NCBI GenBank assembly: GCA_951406725.2
Contig: CATOCA020000027.1
Location: forward strand, 1-50,290
Direction: 5' to 3'
DNA: 50,290 bases
Origin: Octopus vulgaris
Taxonomy: Eukaryota
Part shown: positions 27,572-40,188 of the stretch, piece by piece
Numbering within the stretch: the first letter of the stretch is position 1
Layout: every line of letters starts with the position of its first letter
Notes under the pieces: model-generated
Seen by the model: the letters and a program-made list of their open reading frames with translations, nothing else
What the model was told of the DNA's origin: nothing
Databases searched by the model: none
Translations under genes and position numbers: made by a program

Positions 27572-29248
27572 TGACAGTCCAACGGACAGGTTGTTATTAT
27601 TCGAACACGTGTGATTATTATAAGTTGCCAATTAATTTTGTTGAATTGTTGTTGTACGTTTTGTGATACGGTTTCTTGTTATACTGTTTCTGTTCTGGCG
27701 GCCGTTGTCTGTCTGTGTTGAGACAGACAAAAGGTTATGGACCACCCCTCCCTAATGGGAGAAATGGAGGAGGAATGGATATTCGAGACCTTGTCAGAAG
27801 CATCGACCTCTGAGGACGAGCTAATCGGTGCCGTTAACAATATGGATATAAAAACCGGGAAGACGTACGCAGGAGCAGCAAAAAAGTTAGAGGAAAAGGA
27901 GATAAACCTGGAAAAGTTGCCAGGCTTTCAGGCATGCATGACGAAGGAAAGAGGTGAGGTAAAACTACTTCCACCAGAAAAACGTGGAGAATGGTTTGAG
28001 AAGAGAGTGATTAAATACCGGACATACGTAAATGATAAGAGAGTAGAAATGGTAAAAATGGAAGATATTGAGGAGGCGCTAAGGAGAGTGGAAGAAGAAA
28101 TTATATTCATGGCAAGAGGTAATGAGTTCGGAACAATTATGGTGCAGTTTGAAAACAAGATTATAGTGAGGAAAATGGCAGCGAAGACAATCAAAACAGA
28201 AAAAGTAATCTTACTACCATCGTATATGAACCAAAGAACAACTAGAATAAGAGTGGAAAAGATAACCCCCCTCCCACATAGAGGGTGAATGGGTCGTTGC
28301 GGCGGTAATAAAAGATGTGGAAGAAGAGGTGGACATTTTGCAAGCTACCGTAAAAAATTAAAGGTCGGCGAGGTAAAACGATAGAGATGAGTGTACAAGC
28401 CGAGGAGGGTACACTAGAAAGAATGGCCGACATCATAATCTTCGGGAATATAGTAATGAGAGTGTGGGTGGAGGGCAGAGCACCAAGATGTTATAAGGGT
28501 GACCTGAGGGGCCACATAAGAGCCTACTGCCCTCCCCCACGAGAAGAAACTGTAAATCAGGAAAAGGAGGAGGTGGAGCAGGAAAAAGTTGAGGAGGAAG
28601 AAACGGAGGAGGAGAAGGAAGCCCAGACGAAATGGGAGGATGTAAGGAAAAAAAGAAAAAGAAAGAAATCGAACTATGTCGAACCCCAACCCACCCCAAC
28701 ACCACCCGCACCCTCTGAGCCCCAGCCTTCCCCTGCAAACAGTGATCCCACCCACTCCCCGCCTACAAGAAAACCAAAAAATAACGCAGACACAAAGTAA
28801 ACAAGATCCCAAGTCCCATATGTTATGTTTTGTGAAAAGGGAAGACACTGAGAATTCGAAAAGAATCTTAAATACTTTTTCATGGTATGAGAGAGAAGAT
28901 GGGAGTTATACGGTGGTGCCAGGGGAACTAATGGATACAATTATGGCGTTGTGTGTAAGAGAGGGTGTAAAAGTGATTAAGGTGGAATTTTCGGATGAGA
29001 GGATAAAAGAGATAGAAAGGAAGGCTGAGAGAATGATAAGGAAAATGGGCTTTTTATTGGAGATGATAAATGACGATAGGTTATGAAGGACAGGTAAGTG
29101 GTGCTGGCGGATGGGGCCGTCAGCATCGCTTTCATATTATCATTCTCAGAAAATTTTCATCCTACATACTTTTAATTTGTAATGTTCTGTGTCCCCAATG
29201 TATTGTGGTGTCGCCTCTGTGTCGCCCCTAGTGGGTAATAAAGAAGTA
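27572..29248 (+). mobile_element. ORF1-only (HAL1-like) non-autonomous retroposon with 17-bp TSD
   Basis: TSD gacgaattctacggttg at 27555-27571 and 29249-29265; empty site in the next unit (29735-29751); Tx1-like 3' tail. Confidence 0.85.
27737..29086 (+). pseudogene. Tx1-type ORF1p, frameshifted
   Basis: ORFs 27737-28288, 28387-28800 and 28676-29086; EFGTIMVQF, LLPSYM..RTTRIRV, VWVEGRAPRCYKGDLRGHIRAYCP (degenerate knuckle). Confidence 0.75.
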
Positions 29249-29313
29249 GACGAATTCTACGGTTGGCTGTCGGGTATGCTATATTGTGTTTTTTCCTTAC
29301 ATGTCTTGAGTTC

Positions 29314-29377
29314 GTTGCACTGAAGAGCATAGAATGCAGATTCTGCATCGATTGCGAAATCACAGGTGATATGTAAC
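29314..29377 (+). ncRNA. Type I hammerhead motif, unit 2
   Basis: gttgca-CTGAAGA-gca..tgcagattctgca..tgc-GAAA-tcacaggtga-TA-tgtaac; 6-bp stem I. Confidence 0.85.
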
Positions 29378-29799
29378 TAAATTCTGTTTTTAAATGACTT
29401 GTTTTGAAGTTTTGCATTCGGTACAATTTGTTTATTTTAGTAGTTTTGACTGCAAGAGTCCCTCCTAGCGTGCGGTACCTATGAATAATAGTACCCTCTA
29501 TATAATATAAATAAATATTTTCAAAGTGGAAAAATTTACAGATTTTTCTCTTACGAGGTTTTTCACGCTAACTACTGATAATTTCTTATAAAGATTTTAT
29601 CCTTAATTTTAAATTTATATTTTTCACCGGAATAGTTCAATACTGAATTTTTGTTCCGAATAGGCAAATTGTTACCGAAATGCATTGCGAATAAGCCCGC
29701 CATTTTCATAGATATGTACATTCGTACATGCTACGACGAATTCTACGGTTGGCTGTCGGGTATGCTATATTGTGTTTTTTCCTTACATGTCTTGAGTTC

Positions 29800-29863
29800 G
29801 TTGCACTGAAGAGGATAGAATGCATACTCTGCATTGATTGCGAAATCACAGGTGATATGTAAC
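29800..29863 (+). ncRNA. Type I hammerhead motif, unit 3 (stem II mismatch)
   Basis: Same as unit 2 but gga replaces gca in stem II. Confidence 0.7.
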
Positions 29864-30099
29864 TAAATTCTGTTTTTAAATGACTTGCTTTGAAGTTTTC
29901 CATTCGGTACAATTTGTTTATTTTAGTAGTTTTGACTGCAAGAGTCCCTCCTAGCGTGCGGTACCTATGAATAATAGTACCCTCTATATAATATAAATAA
30001 ATATTTTCAAAGTAGAAAAATTTACAGATTTTTTCTCTTACGAGGTTTTTCACGCTAACTACTGATAATTTCTAATAAAGATTTTATCCTTAATTTTAA

Positions 30100-30235
<136 letters not shown>

Positions 30236-30299
30236 TAGCTGAAGGTGACCCGCTCTACGCGCGGGTAAGAGTGTGGTTGTTACTTTCTGTTGCTTCCTT

Positions 30300-30612
30300 T
30301 CAGCACGTAAAAAGCAGCATCCGAACGTGGCCGATTGTATCGCCGCCTTGACTTGCTTCTGTGCCGGTGGCACGTAAAAAGCACCAACCGATCGTTGCCG
30401 CTGCGAGCCCCCTGGCACCTGTGCCGGCGGCACGAAAAAAAGCACCTACTACACTCACAGAGTGGTTGGCATTAGGAAGGTCATCCACCTGTAGAAACAC
30501 TGCCAGATCAGACTGGATCCTGGTGCAGCCTCCTGGCTTCCCAGACATCGGTCACACTGTCCAACCCGTGCTAGCACGGAAAACTCACGTTAAACGATGA
30601 TGATGATGATGA
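30300..30612 (+). mobile_element. SINE-like 3' fragment with repeated gcacgtaaaaagca motifs and (GAT)n tail, nested in the Helitron
   Basis: Three gcacg(t/a)aaaaagca modules; ends cgttaaacgatgatgatgat. Confidence 0.6.
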
Positions 30613-30924
30613 TTCTCCGTATTTGTTTCTCTCTCACTTTCCCACTCTCTTACTTTTCTTTTCTCTCGGACTCTCCCTCGCTTTCTCTTACTCTCTATCT
30701 TTATCTATCTCTCTCCCATTTATAAACAACAGAAGATCTTGAGTAAGTTGAGAAATAAAATATTTAGGAAGATCAATCAAAAATATGAGGCAGTGGCAAT
30801 GGAAAGGTCTTCTTCAAGGCAGACAGCAAAACGCTAACATTTAAAAGGGACAGACGAACTTGCGAGCTGAATAAAAATAATAAAATATTGGAAACCAAAG
30901 TTTGAAGGGATAGAATCTGAGGAT

Positions 30925-31177
30925 AGTAGAGTCACCATGGCTGGCATTTCTTAACGACGGACAGCAACGTAGTGACAGTTTAACGGCTGGCGTAAAATTT
31001 TGAACTTGATGTAAATGAAAATTCGTAAACACCAAGTTTTGAAGTGATTCTTTCTCACGACAGTAGACTCACCATGGCAAGCATTCAAAACTTCTTTATC
31101 ATGGACGGCAACACATTGACGATTAAAAGGCTGGCGCAAATTTTTTAGCTTGATGTAACAGAGAATTCCTAAACACC
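30925..31177. repeat. Diverged ~110-bp direct repeat pair inside the Helitron
   Basis: agtaga(g/c)tcaccatggc...ggctggcg.aaatttt..cttgatgtaa...taaacacc occurs twice. Confidence 0.7.
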
Positions 31178-31411
31178 CGCTCCTTGAAATTTTAATCCCC
31201 ATTTAGACCCCTATTCACATTTTGGTTAATATAACTCGATTTCATTCGGGTCTACTGGGGCCACATTTTATAAGATGAGGAATTTTGTCCTAGAGGTGAC
31301 GCCTTTCATTTGAGGAAAAAAATAGTTGTCATGCAAACTTGCCAGCACTTTTAACATACGTGTGCATATTTTCAGCTGAATCGACCGACTACGTAATTCA
31401 CACATTATATA

Positions 31412-31516
<105 letters not shown>

Positions 31517-31799
31517 ATGCATTATATATACAAATGTATACAAATGAGATATATATCTGTATAAATTAAATTAGAGATAAAACCACTAATAGGCAAATCA
31601 AACAGTGAAAAACAAAAAACAAAAACATTAAAAAAAAATATATAATATAGAAAATATAGAAAATATAAGATTGAAAAATTTAAATTATTTAGATTGAAAA
31701 TAAAAATTATTAAATTATATTTATAATTTGTTTAAAAATATATATAACTATGAAAAAGTATGAAAAAGTTTAATATACATAAAGATATATATACTTTGT

Positions 31800-32040
31800 A
31801 TATATACATTATATATACATATTTATATATAGAACACAGACACACACACATACATTATATATACATATTTATATATAGAATACACACACACACATACATT
31901 ATATATACATATTTATATATAGAACGCACACACACACATACATTATATATACATATTTATATATAGAACACACACACACACACACACACACATACATTAT
32001 ATATACATATTTATATATAGAACACACACACATACACACA
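31800..32040. repeat. ~42-bp minisatellite (catacattatatatacatatttatatatagaacacacac)
   Basis: About five tandem copies. Confidence 0.85.
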
Positions 32041-32450
32041 TATAAATGAACGCAAGAATATCTGATTCATAATATTTGTTCTCATGATTGTGTGTTGTTT
32101 GGTAGCGATGATAATTCTCCCTATGAATGCAAACAGATACATCAAAGAAAGCCGCCTGACGATCTTATAAAGGGAAAGTGAAAGGGAGTTGAGGGGAATA
32201 CATTAAATAACGGGAGTAGCATTCTCAAAGTTATTAATGAAGGGGAGTAAGAGAGGGAAAGGAGGAAATAGGGTGAGTGAGGAAGATGGCCCCTAGCAAC
32301 CACACCTTTTAAGCTAGGGATTTCTAAGGTAGCCCACGAGCATCGTCACCTCATTCTACATGTCCCTGTAAATTTTGGAGCGAATCGGACGGGATGTAAT
32401 GGCATTGAAAGCGATCCAAGCGGTAAAAACACATTTCCGTTTTATATATA

Positions 32451-32495
<45 letters not shown>

Positions 32496-32593
32496 GGAGT
32501 AAACACATAAATGTGAAACAAGGTGGAAAAAAGAGTACTCAAATACCAGTGGTAGAGTAATATGCTTTATTTTAAGCAGCAGAAAATTCAACA

Positions 32594-32638
32594 AAATCTG
32601 TTACTCTGAGTTTCTCGTTGCCGTTCATCAGACAGTTT
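32594..32638 (-). ncRNA. Minimal hammerhead motif
   Basis: Reverse-complement copy of 32656-32700. Confidence 0.7.
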
Positions 32639-32655
32639 TTGGTAGAATCTAGCAA

Positions 32656-32700
32656 AAACTGTCTGATGAACGGCAACGAGAAACTCAGAGTAACAGATTT
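32656..32700 (+). ncRNA. Minimal hammerhead motif
   Basis: aaactgt-CTGATGA-acg-gcaa-cga-GAAA-ctcagag-TA-acagattt; weak stem II with GNRA loop; GUA. Confidence 0.7.
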
Positions 32701-32819
32701 TGTTGAATTTTCTGCTGCTTAAAATAAAGTATATATATATATATATATATATATTGTATTGGGCTGTAATTGTAAGATCAGCAAAGAAGTACTCCATCTG
32801 GTGATAGATCGATATCGTT

Positions 32820-33024
32820 TAATAGATACAATATATGTATTTATGTGCTGCTATTAGTTTCATGTGGTGAGAGCATGCCAAACAGTGCTTTTTAACACAT
32901 ATGGTATCCTAGTAGTGCCTGATGATTATGCTTGGACACCAGACGAGTTAAAAAAACACTACTTGACATGCTCTCAGCACATGAAACCAATAGTAGCAAA
33001 TAAATACATATATTGTATTTATTA
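32820..33024. mobile_element. Older fold-back element (~62-bp arms) with a degenerate hammerhead at 32916-32998 (+)
   Basis: 32820-32881 pairs with 32963-33024; tgc-CTGATGA...GAAA-ccaatag-TA-gca. Confidence 0.65.
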
Positions 33025-33043
33025 TATATTACATATATATATG

Positions 33044-33100
<57 letters not shown>

Positions 33101-33371
33101 CTTCGAAACGTAGAGTAGATGAAACCATGGCGACTGAAGAAGGGGAATTTTCCTTGTGTTATTTGTCCTGTACTCTACTTTTTTGTTGTTTAAGAAAAAT
33201 GTCCAGTTCCTTGGTTTTGTGTTTATGTTTTCGTTTCTCATTGTGTTCGACGTTTTTTTGCTGTCCTCTACCCATATATGCGTGTATATATACATGCAGA
33301 GGTAGGTACGTACATATATGTACGTATATAGGTATATGTTTTATTTATTAATTTATTATATATATATATAT

Positions 33372-36243
33372 GATTGATTTTGATTGATTTTTCCAGTTTC
33401 AGCTAATGAGCTGTGGCCATGCTGGGGCACCGCCATTTGGTTTGCTACACGATTTTACCTCACGGATGCTTTTTAGCAAATGCCATCTGATGCATGAGAG
33501 AGTTCGATGCAGCTGCCCTCATCTGCACCTCCTGCCGTGAAGTTGGTTCATCCGGGACACCTGACAGGAAGAGATCCAGTCCTACTTTAAAGACATCCGC
33601 ATCTACACCATGCAGGTCCCTCAGGTTCTAGGGGAGGATATTGAAGAGCTGTGGGCCTCTGAAGCCCAGGCAATCACAATATCTTGTCCTACATCTTGAT
33701 GGAAAATTTGGAGTCCTTGGTACTACGCAGTGGCGCCCGGTTCTGGCATTTGTGTGACTCTCGATGCCAAAGTTTGGGACAAGTCCTTCCAGGATCTTCC
33801 AGATATATATTATGGCGTATCTTTCTCGCCTACGCTCCAGGGAATAGAGCTTTAATCTCTTGAGTCTTTCCCAGTAGTTCATATGCTTCACAGAGGCTAT
33901 CTTCTTCGTGTAGCTTCGTTGGATCGCCTCAAGTTCTGTGATCAACTTGACACTGGATGGTGACCATAGCTGAGAGCAATAGTCAAAGTGGCTTAGGACA
34001 AGTGTCTTCCAGAGGACCATCATGGTTTCTTGTTCTCTTGTTCTAAAGGTTCTAAGAATCCATCCAGCTAGCCGTCTACATTTCATTGCCAGTTTAGCAA
34101 CATGTACATGAAAGGTCGCGTCATCACTCATGTGAATACCCAGGTCACGCACTGATTGTGCCTCTGGGATTGCAATCCCTCCGGGTCCAGTGTATTCATT
34201 GGGTATTGCATTCAGTTTTGCATGCTGATAGTATAAAGCTTGAAACTTTTCAGCATTGAACTGCATGCTATTCTTTTCAGCCCACTTGTATATTTCGTCC
34301 AGCTCACATTGCAGGTGCTTAGTGTCCTCAGGGTTCTGTATTGCCTGTGAAACTTTTGTATCATCTGCATAACTTGTGATCGTGGCTCTCTGCGTGGCTG
34401 AGGGCATGTCTGAGAGGGCCATTATGAACAGTAGTGGTCCCAAAACAGTGCCCTGCGGAACACCGCTCATTATTTGCGTGTTAATGGAAGTGGCCCTATT
34501 GGCTGCTACCACCTGACTTCTATTTTTCAGAAAGTCATGAAGCCATTCTCCCAATTTTCCAACTATGCCAAGATCACGCAGTTTGTGACATATCATTCCA
34601 TGATCGACTTTATCAAAGGCCTTTGCAAAGTCGAGATATATGACTTCCACATTTGAGTGGTTGAGCAGTTGTTTCAGCACCCAGTCATAGTGTTGTAGGA
34701 GCTGAGTTAAGCAGCTTCTTCCTGGTCGGAAACCATGTTGGGTGTCGGGCAGCAAGTCATTTTCTTCAAGGAAGGTGATTAGTTTCCTTCTGACTATTCG
34801 TTCCATGACCTTGCTGATGTGTGAGGTGAGAGAGATAGGTCTGTAGTTCTTGGCCTCCGCTTTGCTACCTCCTTTATGAATGGGGCATATTTTACCTTCC
34901 TTCAGTTTTCTTGGAAGTTTGCCAGCTGCAAGGAAGCTCTGAAAGAGGAACTGCAGTGGTCTTGCTAGGACTCTCTTACATACTTTTAGGAGGATTGCCG
35001 GGAATCCATCGGGGCCAATAGCTGAGTCTGTTTTCATTTCATCTATAGCCTTTATTACATCGTCTTCCTTTATATCGATGTAATTTATCGTCGCCGCCTC
35101 TTATTTTATATCTGCAGTGGTAAAGAAGTCAGTTGGATTGCTGATTTGGAAATGCCCAAGGGGTGGAGTGAAAACACTCTTGAATTGCTCATTCAGTATT
35201 TCACTTACCCTCATTGGTTTTCCTGTGAGTGTGCCATCCTTTTCAAGGAGTGGCCCTATCCTACAGTGCACCGTGGCTGTTTCTTTGGCATACCCGTAGA
35301 AAGCTCTGGGGTTAGTTTTTATGTTGTCTATAGCCCAGGCTTCTTTGTCTGCTCTTTCCTTTTCATGGGAGAGTTGCAGACATTTTTTAATTTCCAACAG
35401 TTTTATTTTCAAGCGGTACTTTTCACTGCTTTCAATTTGTTTGTTTAGGCGATTTGAAATTTTTGTACGCCGTCTCATTAAAATTTTCCTCTCTCTGGGG
35501 ATTTTGTTCTTGTGTACAGTGGCCTTTCTCTCTGGGACACATTTGTAGCATATGGCTTGCATTACAGACATGAATTGTTGAAGTTTCATGTCGATGTCCG
35601 GCGAGGAGAGACATTCAGGCCAGTTTTGTTCGAGGATCTCTTTCTCAATTTGTTTCCAGTTTGCCTTATTGAAGTTCAAGCTGGAAAGATTCTGAGAGTT
35701 TCTTGTAGGCTGCATGTCCATGCTTTCCTTTGGCCCGTACATGGTCAGCTCTACCATGTTGTGATCCGAGAGTAGTGTCGGTGTCACTTTCACATTATGG
35801 ATGAGATCCATATTATTTGTGAAGCAGAGATCCAGTGTGTTACCTGCCCTGGTTGGTTGGAGTATTACTTGCTCCATGTACAGGGTGTTGATGAGGTTCA
35901 GGAGGGACCTCGCCTGTCCCCGTTCACATCGTGTCATTCCTGGGAGAGAAAGGCCCTCGGCCCATCTGACATTGGGTAGGTTGAAGTCTCCCATGAGAAG
36001 TACACTTATGTGCTGTTCTAGTGTGACTAGAACTTCTTCTATTTTTATAAGGCAGTCTTCAAACTTGCCCATATGGCTCGGGGCATCTGGAGGGCGATAT
36101 GTAGCACACACAACTACACCAAGTTGCCTTACATGTACAATTAGTGTGTCACACACCTAGTTTGAGTATGACAAAAGGACCTGGGGTGTGAGGTCCTCAC
36201 GGATGTACATAGCAACTCCTCCATGACTCCTTTCTTTTCTTTT
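33372..36243 (-). mobile_element. CR1/jockey-group LINE, 5'-truncated, with nearly complete ORF2
   Basis: APE endonuclease + RT, 3' tail and (AATC)-like terminal repeats. Confidence 0.9.
33628..36156 (-). pseudogene. LINE ORF2 (APE endonuclease + reverse transcriptase) with in-frame stops
   Basis: ORFs 35101-36156 (YRPP, LMGDFN, TLDLCFTN, SDHNMV) and 33628-35037 (NYRPISL, DFAKAFDKV, PQGTVLGPLLF, YADDTK) are in the same frame. Confidence 0.9.
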
Positions 36244-36259
36244 CTATATATATATATCT

Positions 36260-36531
36260 GTGGAGGCGCAATGGCCTAGTGGTTAGGGCAGCGGACTCGC
36301 GGTCGTAGGATCGCGGTTTCGATTCCCAGACCGGGCGTTGTGAGTGTTTATTGAGCGAAAACACCTAAAAGCTCCACGAGGCTCTGACAGGGTGTGGTTA
36401 TCCCTGCAATACTCTTTCACCACTCTTTCTCTCACTATTTCTTCTGTTGGCCTGCTCGAAGGCTAAAACAATGCGAACGCATTGTGACCAGCGATGTGTA
36501 ACTACATCTGATGGACTGGTCGGTCACGTGA
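36260..36531 (+). mobile_element. SINE family A with tail type 2, in (TA)n
   Basis: Matches 24872-25170 with a small internal deletion. Confidence 0.85.
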
Positions 36532-36597
36532 TATATATCTGTATTTATATATGTATGTATTTATGTATGTATGTATATATATATATATGTGTATATA

Positions 36598-36659
<62 letters not shown>

Positions 36660-36907
36660 CAAGATAAGAAAATGGAGAAATACATCTAAATCAAATATCA
36701 ATTACCAGATAATACTCAATCACATACTTTATTAAACCACCACATAAGAGACTGTAGGGTTAAACATAAAAAAGCAGAACAAATCAGTGTACATAAAGGA
36801 ATGTACATAAAAAAGTGTACATAAAAGAGTAATGTTGTATAATAAGTAGAATTTATATAAAAAAGAGAATATAAATATAAGTAAATATAAATATAAGTAT
36901 AGATTAC

Positions 36908-37033
36908 ATCTTACAGCTGTTTCGGCCATGTAGATAAGTGTCTCATTTTACCAATATTAGCCTTTTATGGTAGGTCAATATATAGATATAAATTAAAACA
37001 TTTACAAAAATATCATAAGGCCTCTTCGCAGAT
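36908..37033 (-). ncRNA. Degenerate hammerhead motif with long loop II
   Basis: atct-GCGAAGA-ggcc...ggcc-GAAA-cagctg-TA-agat; palindromic stem III ACAGCTGT; core mutated. Confidence 0.55.
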
Positions 37034-37317
37034 ATACATATACATATGAGCGCATATATTCACACTCCTATACATATAAAAATATACATATACGTAATGA
37101 TGTAAATAAATAATATAAATTAGTAAACATATATATGTTCCACATTCAATGTTTCAGTTTTTCAACTTAATATTGTGATAATAAACATACACATATTAGT
37201 ACCTAGATGCAAATATACATAGTCAATAGTACATTATATTACTTCCTACTAATTTCCAAAGTGTCATTAAAGTTAGCATCATTATCGTTGTCAATACCAT
37301 TAATGCTACCATTATTA

Positions 37318-37701
37318 TCTCTCTCTATATAAACGGCAGTTTGTCTGTGCGTTTTCTGTGTGTCTGTTTTCTCGTACCCTCACTCTGACCACGGCTTTCA
37401 ACCGATTCTGATGAAACTTGACACACACATAGCCCAATGTCATAATTCAAAACTAACGCAGCGAAAATTTTGAAAAGTTCCCCCAGTTCTGAAAAAAATC
37501 GATAAATTCGACATGGAGTCGAGAATCAGAAACCCAAACCACAGACCGTCTAGGGGACGCAACTCCACCTTTTTTAACTCTCAGAAAAAATTTACCATCA
37601 TTTTTTTTCCATTTTTTTGCTATTTTTTGGCTATAACTCTCTAAAAATGCTTTATAGTTATTTCCCTTACAAACCTGAGCAACGCCGGGCGATACTGCTA
37701 G
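37318..37701 (+). mobile_element. Short non-autonomous Helitron (second family)
   Basis: A|TC start, subterminal cctgagcaacgccggg hairpin, CTAG|T end, no TSD. Confidence 0.8.
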
Positions 37702-38570
37702 TCATTCATAATATTATTAATAACGCTTACATTAGGATCAAAAGTGGCACATATGTATGTCCGGGTTCTAGTTAGTAATTTTCCTTATGACATAAGTACA
37801 CTATTGGATTTGAATTTAAATTATCATTGTCTTCCTCACGGTTGGTCCGCTGAGAGCCACCCGACCTCCACCACACCGCACAAGAAAAACATCCATATCC
37901 ACATCCAACCCTAAACCCACACACACATGCACACACACATGAATACACCCCGACACATCCCGACACATTTACTAGATTGCAGAGTGTATGTCTGTCATCA
38001 CATGGCTTATAGACAAATCAGTACATGCAGCAGTGTCTATACACTAACCCACACACTCACACGCACATCCGCATATACTCATAAATATTAATACACTCTC
38101 ATATACTGTGTCAGGGAACATTCGCACACACATATATACATATTTAAATATATATCTGCGCACTCATACGTACAAATAAAACCTATACTTATAGCCACCC
38201 ATGAATAAATATTCGCATATACATATATACATATCCAAATACGCACCTGCGTACTCATATGTATAAGAAAAACATACATCCGTACATCCACCCACGACCA
38301 TACCTATACGTACAAAAACATACATACGTACACATACACATTTCCACACACCTCGACGCCTCAACCCACATCCACTAAATCATAAATTAAAATATATGTC
38401 TGCCCATCCAAAGACGTATATATACATACACAAAAAGTAAACAGAAGTTACTATTAATTTAGATATAAGTTCATTAATTATAAATTAAATTAAATTAATT
38501 ATAAGTTAGTAAGTGCCAAATAAACAAAAATAAATAATTAAATAAATAAATATAAATATATATATATATA

Positions 38571-39096
38571 TTAGTAATGCAATACTAGAGTATTGCTTTC
38601 CAGTAAAGAATAGCCCGTGAGGGAAAAATATACAAAGAAGTAAATATATGGCACAACGAAGTACCGATATTTACTGGAAATAGCGAACGTAATAATACGA
38701 CGCTAATGTATAGCTTCACCGCGTATGTACTAGCAAAAATGCGTGTGTGCAACAAACTAGAAAAAATTGTCTTACCTCCAGGGAGAACATCTGAAAGATG
38801 AAATACCTGGAAAAGGATAATGTGGGACCTGCGCAGGTTTCAGATTTTTCAAGATATGTCTGCACCCATAAACTTGATCTATCTTCATCAGCCAAACATA
38901 TACCACGACAACATTTCAGATGTTACCACATTAATGCCATTACACTCGACTGAAACGCCGAAACGCTAACAGCTAGTTTGTTGCACACACGCATTTTTGC
39001 TAGTACATACGCGGTGAAGCTATACATTAGCGTCGTATTATTACGTTCGCTATTTCCAGTAAATATCGGTACTTCGTTGTGCCATATATTTACTTT

Positions 39097-39099
<3 letters not shown>
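38571..39099. mobile_element. Fold-back element (~128-bp arms, 212-bp spacer containing a hammerhead, ~60-bp tail) in (TA)n
   Basis: 38632-38760 pairs with 38973-39099. Confidence 0.85.
38820..38899 (-). ncRNA. Canonical type I hammerhead ribozyme motif (GUC triplet)
   Basis: tgg-CTGATGA-agat...atct-GAAA-cctgcgcagg-TC-cca; perfect palindromic stem III ACCTGCGCAGGT. Confidence 0.85.
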
Positions 39100-39141
<42 letters not shown>

Positions 39142-39595
39142 ATGTATAGATAAATAGATAAATAAAATGGAATACAAATTAAGAAGAGCACAAAGATAAA
39201 CCTAATATAGTAAATATAAGTGGATACGCCGAAATGCACCCACATGCACATACATGTGCATGCACACATATATATGCACACAAACACACACATATACAAA
39301 CACATCTGTAGACATACATTCACCTATATGCATCCATATATTTTCACACTCAAGACATCCCTACAAGATGGCCATGGTTGGAATATTGTTAATCATAGTT
39401 TTGCTCAAAACTGGCGAACCAGCAAAGTCGTCAGAGCCACAGACAGTATACCGCGTGGTAGTTTACTCTAGTTAGTTTTGAGTTCAAATCCCGCTTAGGT
39501 CAACGTTGTCGATTGTTTCCCGGGGTCGATAAAATAACGTTATATATGTTTGCTTTCAGATTTGTCTTTTGTAATATAAAGCTTTCCTTTCATAA

Positions 39596-39847
39596 AAAAT
39601 ATAAATGCGCCCTTTTAAAGCCTAGCCAGGCTCATGGGCCCGGTTTCCCGGTTTCCATGGCGCATGTGTTCCCCAGCGGGATGGGACGCCAGTCCATCGC
39701 AGCGTTACTTATTTTTGCCAGCTGAGTGGACTGGAGCAACGTGAATTGAAGTGTTTTGCTCAAGAACACAACGCATCGCCCGGTCCAGGAATCGAAACCA
39801 CAATCTTACGATCATGATTCTGACACCACTAAACCACGCGCCTCCAC
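39596..39847 (-). mobile_element. Mosaic SINE: A-like head, D-type core, tail type 1
   Basis: 12-bp TSD ttcctttcataa at 39584-39595 and 39848-39859; tail matches 1077-1190. Confidence 0.85.
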
Positions 39848-40188
39848 TTCCTTTCATAAGTCCCAAGTTATTTTGGTGGTTGAAAAACAATATTGGTAAT
39901 GTGTATCATATATGATGCATGGATACCAGGGAAGTATGTCCCGTCTATTGAAAGCATTTTCATAAGTTTTTCCTAAATGTCCATGTTCATTTTCAGATTT
40001 TCAGACTTTTTAATTGACCCTTGGTTCACACGTTCTGCGTATCATATATAATGCAGAGACGCCAGAGAATATGTCCTATGTATCACACGTGATACACAAG
40101 ACTGGTAAAGGGCTAAACACAATACTACTGTGTCGAATCATTTCCCTCAACTCCTTGTTTCATACATTCTGAGCGTTTCATACATTCT

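Larger units (their letters stand above)
32494..32733. mobile_element. Fold-back mini-element with a hammerhead in each arm, in (TA)n
   Basis: Tail 32494-32560; arms 32561-32646 and 32648-32733; the non-folded sibling is at 49468. Confidence 0.85.

Noticed and set aside
29093-29149. Possible small GT-AG intron with a GC-rich hairpin in the 3'UTR of the ORF1-only element
   Set aside because: Very short, and a retrotransposed copy should have lost a sense-strand intron; no supporting evidence
37407-37420. CTGATGAAAC as a hammerhead core
   Set aside because: No stem II between CTGATGA and GAAA; it is part of the Helitron 5' region
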